Part shown: positions 57,920-64,000 of the stretch, piece after piece
Position numbering within the stretch: position 1 is the first letter of the stretch
Layout of the letters: every line of letters starts with the position of its first letter
Assembly (NCBI GenBank): GCA_964016885.1
Contig: OZ024742.1
Location: 49,042,001-49,106,000 of the forward strand
Length of the DNA stretch: 64,000 nucleotides
Direction: 5' to 3'
From: Eledone cirrhosa
Taxonomy: Eukaryota
Program-made: the position numbers and the translations under genes
Notes under the pieces: generated by a model
What the model saw: only the letters and a program-made list of their open reading frames with translations
What the model was told of the DNA's origin: nothing
Database searches by the model: none

Positions 57920-58080
57920 TGAAGGCCTTCCACTCCTGATGTCATCTGCTAACTTTTGTGCCAGTCGAAACCCGTGAGTGAAACATCGTCTCATCTCCGT
58001 ACATTTGCTGCAGTATCGCGAGTGTTTCTGGCTGATTTTTCCACAGTCAGACTAGAAACTTCAAGCTGGTTTGTTACTCT
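57920..58080 (-). pseudogene. mariner transposase N-terminal fragment
   Basis: SLKFLV*LWKNQPETLAILQQMYGDETM..DWHK..DDIRSGRPST. Confidence 0.7.
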
Positions 58081-58466
58081 GAGCCCATTGCCCGATGGCT
58101 TAAATTTGCGAAGCTGATAGCAAAAGCTCGTGAAAAAATGCAACAGCTGCAGCGAGATGAGATCACAGTTATATTATCCCCGTGATGCAACGCGCTAATC
58201 CTTACTCCACTCATAGCTAACACAGCACACTTAGGTCGTGTTATTTTCTGACACACTTCGTTTATATATATTTATATATATATATTAGCAGCTTCAACAT
58301 TTTTGACTGAGAAAATTAGATTAATATTTTAGTCATAAAAACCCTGGAGACGGAAAAAATCTGTATAGCGCTGGGTATTCCCTGGGATATAGTAAAAAAA
58401 CGTTGCAGCTTCAAACTTACAAATTCAAAACTTCCTATCTCTCAAGTGTTCTAATTAATTTATATA

Positions 58467-58538
<72 letters not shown>

Positions 58539-58540
<2 letters not shown>

Positions 58541-58680
58541 ACGAGCAAATGGAGAATTCTCACCCTGCAGTTGTCTACGAGATATCGGTATAGTTAGAGA
58601 ATTATATATATATATATTTCTCTAACTACACCGATATCTCGTAGATAACTGGAGGGTGAGAATACTCCATTTGCTCGTCT
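58539..58680. repeat. Fold-back hairpin with a (TA)n loop
   Basis: AGACGAGCAAATGGAG..TAGTTAGAGAA / TTCTCTAACTA..CTCCATTTGCTCGTCT. Confidence 0.85.
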
Positions 58681-59392
58681 TCTCCAGGCTTTCTACATCC
58701 CTCGTTTGTTCCAAACGTAGAAAGGATTATTTGGTATTAGAATTAGCTTCACGAAAGCTTGATTCGATGTTCGCTCCGTCAGCGCACAGCATTGCTTCGG
58801 AAATCATTGATACTGTTAGGTTTCTTCGCGCTTGTTTTCTTTTCTTTTCAGCTCATATGGAAGACGTTGTTGGTGTGTTGTGTCTCGTAACAAGCACACC
58901 GCATAGTCACCCAACTGCAACTATTGACTTTTAGGTGCACTACAAATCTTCTGTCGAGAATTGGAACAGTCTCTCGACACATGAATTGGTCTACTTCGGC
59001 CCTTTATCTACCATCATCTGCTTCTAACTGTTGAGCTGACAGTCCATAGAAAACCGCACACATATGTTTAGAACCAAGTAACAATGTAGCTTTCTCGGTT
59101 CATCATTAATAGTATTGGTTGTCAGATCCGAAGCTAGCCACAATGAAGGTTTGGAAGATAAACTCAGTTGGAACGTGACAGTCGTATTTTATAATATAAT
59201 TGTGATATATGTGACGTTTGTTTTTACGTTTCAATAACAATGTCGTCTGGTCGATAAAAATACTAGCTTACTCTCTAGACAAATGAAATCAATATTGTAT
59301 CGTGTGTAAATGTGTATAATTTCATTTTTCTGTTATTCCTCTATATGCATGCTTAAATGACTGCTTCTGTGTGTATGTGTAAGTGAATAGGG

Positions 59393-59460
<68 letters not shown>

Positions 59461-59471
59461 TTATTTATTTT

Positions 59472-59529
<58 letters not shown>

Positions 59530-60002
59530 CATCTACGTCTGTGAGTATATATACGCGTATGAATGTTTCTATGTGTATATATATATATATACATATATAC
59601 ACGAATAAATGTGTTTCTGTGTCTACACCTATATAAAGTTAATGTGTGTATACCTGTGTGTATAACTACGCGTGCTAATATGTGTACGTATATGTACTTG
59701 AATAAATATGTTTATGTTCGCAAACGTAGGTATCATCCTTATAATTTTAATCTTTCTTTTTTTCACCTGTACATACGTATATATGGCGGTAAGAGTGAAA
59801 GTGTATATATATGAAAGTGTGTATGTGTACACATAAGTTTACACGTTTCTGTGTGTTTGTGTGTGCGGGCCTGTATGCATGTAAGTATGAGTATATATAT
59901 ATATATATATATACTCATATTTACATACTTTATATATACTTATATATATATATATACTCATACTTACATACTGGCCGGTATATATATATGTATATTTATA
60001 TA

Positions 60003-60081
<79 letters not shown>

Positions 60082-60263
60082 ATGTATATATATGCGTACA
60101 TAGATGGGAAAGAGGTGGAAAGTGTTAAATAAATAAAAATAAAAGACTGAAGTAATATCAAATGATTTAGATTTATGTTAATCTCCACCACATGCAGCAA
60201 ACACATTTGTTTCTTACTTCCTTGTGAGTTTGTGTGTATGCGAGTGTGTATGTGCGCGCGCGC

Positions 60264-60298
<35 letters not shown>

Positions 60299-60575
60299 CG
60301 TGTGTGTGTGTGTGTGTGTTTGTGTGTGTTAATATATATCTCTTAGCTCAGAATACCCTACGACGACCTGTTTGCAACTAAGTGTCAAGATGGTTGTCAT
60401 GAATCGATTATATGTGTGTATATTTGCATAGATATGTATATGTGTTAGTGTGTATGTGTGTGTATATATATATGTGTGTGTGTATGTATGGGTGTATATA
60501 TGTGTTTGAGTCCACTCGTGCGCATGTATGTGTGTATTCTACGCTCTATTCTTTTCATTGTCATCTATTTTTTAC

Positions 60576-60716
60576 GTCTGTATATTGTGGTGAAAGCAAA
60601 ACCAATGTTTTCCAAGTTGACTCCAGTCAATTTCTTCATTTGGGGTATGTATCCTATTATAATATTTGAAGCTAATGGGGTTACTGGTTCTGCAGCTATA
60701 TCTAAGCTTCCGATTT
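60576..60716 (-). CDS. Candidate host-gene exon (141 bp, phase 1-1)
   Basis: Acceptor TTTTTTTCCTTCAG|, donor |GTAAAA; open frame EIGSLDIAAEPVTPLASNIIIGYIPQMKKLTGVNLENIGFAFTTIYR. Confidence 0.35.
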
Positions 60717-61454
60717 CTGAAGGAAAAAAATTTGATTTATATGCTCTTAAACATATCTGCTTCTGCATAAAATAATTTGCACTAAATTTACTTAATTGCA
60801 ACTCTTGCAATAAAATATTGTATTTCCTTTTTATATATATAATGTCGAAAGAGGAGCTGCTATATTGCGCGCAGTCATTACAGACACATATTATATGCAC
60901 ACACGCAAAGTTAATAACAAACGCTTTCATATTGAGAACCAGGTAACAACCGATTTGACCCATTAGAAATAACAGCAAGGACTTGTTTGGAAGCCTGTGT
61001 CTGTGTTTACATTTATGCTGGTCGTTGTACCTATAGCACGTAACGTAACAGTTTGACAATAAATAAATCGCTTAAGTAAGTACCAAACTTTACAAGATAA
61101 GCTTTTGAGTCGATAGAATTGATTAAATCATGGACCCCAGCTAATGACTGAAACCTGTAAAAGTATAAATGAATATACTAAGAATTTAATCTCGTATGTC
61201 ATTTGCTCATATTTTCTGAACATTTAAGTAAAATATATCATACAAAAATGATTAGAAAACCATTCTTATTTCTCACCATTTCGATGTGTCAGTATTCAAC
61301 ATACATTTTAAGCTTTCTATTATGTGAACCATAAATTTAACGTAAATGACGCAGTTTTTATCTATGTTCATATATTTGGTATTCCTAGTATATATGACAT
61401 ACTGATAGTAAACTCAATACTATTGTAGGTATTATGGACGAAACCGGTTTTGCC

Positions 61455-61945
61455 GTATCTAATCTCTAATATTTAGCTATTCATTTGATAATCTCCATAC
61501 GCATCTCAGTAATTGATCAACAAAAAACAAAAATATTATTGTAGCAATGTATACCAATATCCAATATCTCAAATATTTAGTTAATCAGTGAAAAATTATA
61601 TTCTCGTGATTCAAGTTATTATCAAACTAAGCTATCCCATAAAGTTTCAGTCAAACAGTGGTAGATCTAAAGTTATATAAATATAAAGTATTATAAGCTT
61701 TGTCTATCTATACATTTTGAAAAGGTTAAAGACCCTTGTCCAACCAATATCTCTAATATTTATCTAATCAGTTAACAATCTCTCTTCACATCTTAGTATT
61801 GATCAGCCAAAATACATATATATACTTTTTATCGATAAATATACAGAAGGTTATAAACCTAAAACAAACCGATATTTCAAATATTTAGTTAATCAGTTTA
61901 AAATCTGTAGTCTTATCGTATTATTCATCAGCTAGATAAAACAAT
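61455..61945. repeat. Diverged AT-rich tandem repeat (four related monomers)
   Basis: ATCTCTAATATTTA / ATCTCAAATATTTAGTTAATCAG at ~61462, 61566, 61749 and 61875. Confidence 0.6.
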
Positions 61946-63272
61946 ATATTGTATTAACTGAATAATATTAAAAGAACATAAATCTGCAGGACAGTTTGGT
62001 AATACGCTTAGGTTAAATTCAAATGTTATTTAATAGTATCAAGAATATATCGTATATAATGTTAACTCAAAGTCATAAATGTTTTCATACATTTGAAGAG
62101 GGAGAAATATACAAGATAAACATATTTCTAACTGCTGCAGTAATGCAAATAGGATATTAAAAATATAGATAGCAAAGTTGCTGAAATATTACTTGCGGGC
62201 TATTTAATTAGTCTTGAATATATCGGGGTAAAATCCTTACGGCAAATGAGGATTTGAGGAAATAAAATAGGAGCAGCATATTTTGTGATGTTCTAATGCC
62301 TACTCGAAAATACACAATATTTCCGACACGTTCCACAATGCTTGTAAAATATCTGCTGCACGAAGGGAAAGTAGAATACAATTTTGAAGGAGTCGAGAAA
62401 TAGGGCTTTTTTGTATACTTCGGAGAGCAAATGAAATGATATATATGTATATGTGTATGTATTATATGTACATACATATATATATATATATATATATGAG
62501 TGTGTGGGGGGGGGGTATATGTGTGTGTGTCTATATGTCTGTGTGTTCATGTATGAATATGTAGGAATTTTTATAACTAGAGTTTGATATTCGATTTACG
62601 TAAGGAAATAACTGTTTTTTCTCCGAAATGAATTCAGCTGGGTCTCTCATTGTTAAGATATGATGGGGTATGAGAAAATGTATATTTTAGCTGAAATCTG
62701 CTTTTTCGATTTGGTAGTATGTTTTATAGCTGTCATCTGCTTTGACTATCAGTAACTAGAAGTAATATAATCTACATAAATAACTGCCTATGAAGGTGGC
62801 TATAATTATGTTCTAATATTTTTCGCAATAAATTATAATGAAAATTACACTAGATCTGTTTTATTGAAATAGTTTATGGCAAAGTGCTTTTGTGTCATCG
62901 ACCTACTTAATAAGTTACAGAATAACAAACACTGAATTGTAAAACACTTATCAAAATTATCGAAGCGTAACAAGAAGAAATAATACATTCAAAAACATTT
63001 TAAATAAAAAATATACAGAATCTGGCATATGGCCAGGGCCAGGTGTTTGGAGGATTGGAGGCGTCGATTAATTTGACTCACAATATGTAATAGATCTACT
63101 AAAAAGCAGGATTTTAACAAACTCCCTTAAAGGATGGAAGTAAATATTGCAAATCATTTTGTGCATCGCATTATCCATTTTATAAATGCACCGATCTCAT
63201 TTAAAAAAATACTTTTTTCAATTTGTTGAAAAATACTATTCAATGAAATCGACCTCGAACATTATTTCACAG

Positions 63273-63370
63273 GTTGGTTAACTTTGCCTTTCTTCCTGAC
63301 GGGGGCGACAAAATAAAGTACCAGTAATACACTGGGATAATTGCTGGCCTTGTGCCAAAAGTTGACACAA
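63273..63370 (+). mobile_element. 5'-truncated SINE with TSD, nested in an older minus-strand SINE
   Basis: AACTTTGCCTTTC..AAAATAAAGTACCAGTAATACACTGGG..TTGCTGGCCTTGTGCCAAAAG; ATTATTTCA(C/T)AG on both sides. Confidence 0.75.
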
Positions 63371-64000
63371 TTATTTCATAGATTTCTGAAAGATGAAAAG
63401 AAAACGTTTACCTCGGTGAAATTTCAACTCGGAATGTAAAGTAAAAACCAATACATAAACTTTAGTGCGGAACAGTTAAAGAAAAACAATCACCCAAATA
63501 TTTAAATAAATCTTTATTTTGTATCAAAGAAAGATGAAACGCATATAGACCTAGGCAGGATAATAATGTGCAAGCTATATTTTCAACTAACTTCCAATTT
63601 TGCCAATTCACAGTCCGTGTATATAGTGTTTAGCTCATGATTTTAAGGTTGTGATTTCGATTACAGGAGGTACATTGTGTTTTTGAGCTGTAACAATAAT
63701 TGAAAAGTGATCAGCTTTATCAGACTCTATGTTACGCTGTATCACACAGAGAACTAAATTAAGGATACACGTGTCTGTGAAATCCTCTGCCATTTGCACG
63801 TTAATTTCAGGAGCAGGCTGCTGCGTTGATCGAATCAACTGAAACACTCGTCTATGTTTATATACACTTTGATTCCATTCAACTTTGGCGATGTTCGCAT
63901 CATGGATTCACAAAAATAAATAATATTTGCGTGGACTTGAAGCTCCACAGCACTGTTAACATTAAATACCTAGATTTTTTAAAATACTTTTAGAGATTGA

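Noticed and set aside
58690-59200. pogo/Tigger-like transposase remnant on the minus strand (FYGLS, CADG)
   Set aside because: Only two short motifs; too degraded to support

Overview
Eukaryotic, AT-rich, microsatellite-saturated animal DNA made almost entirely of transposable elements. The SINE families and repeat texture suggest a cephalopod (octopus-like) genome; this is inference. Contents: (1) many Penelope-like elements (PLEs; RT plus GIY-YIG) sitting in (TA)n tracts, several with inverted fold-back terminal repeats, and at least five sequence families of type-I hammerhead ribozyme (HHR) or HHR remnant; (2) a 13-kb stack of non-LTR retrotransposons on (ATT)n/(CTA)n repeats: R4/Dong-like, CRE-like, a SINE, and two head-to-tail Tx1/L1-like LINEs that share a candidate mini-intron able to fuse ORF1 to ORF2 in frame; (3) an internally deleted CR1/L2-group LINE with a Myb/SANT plus CCCH ORF1; (4) a nearly intact DD37D (maT) Tc1/mariner element, two non-autonomous Helitrons, hAT, mariner and RTE fossils, and about ten tRNA-type SINEs. 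There is no confidently identifiable host gene, only weak minus-strand exon candidates. Most ORFs in the supplied track are microsatellite translations. All alignments and folds were done by eye, so boundaries are approximate unless stated.
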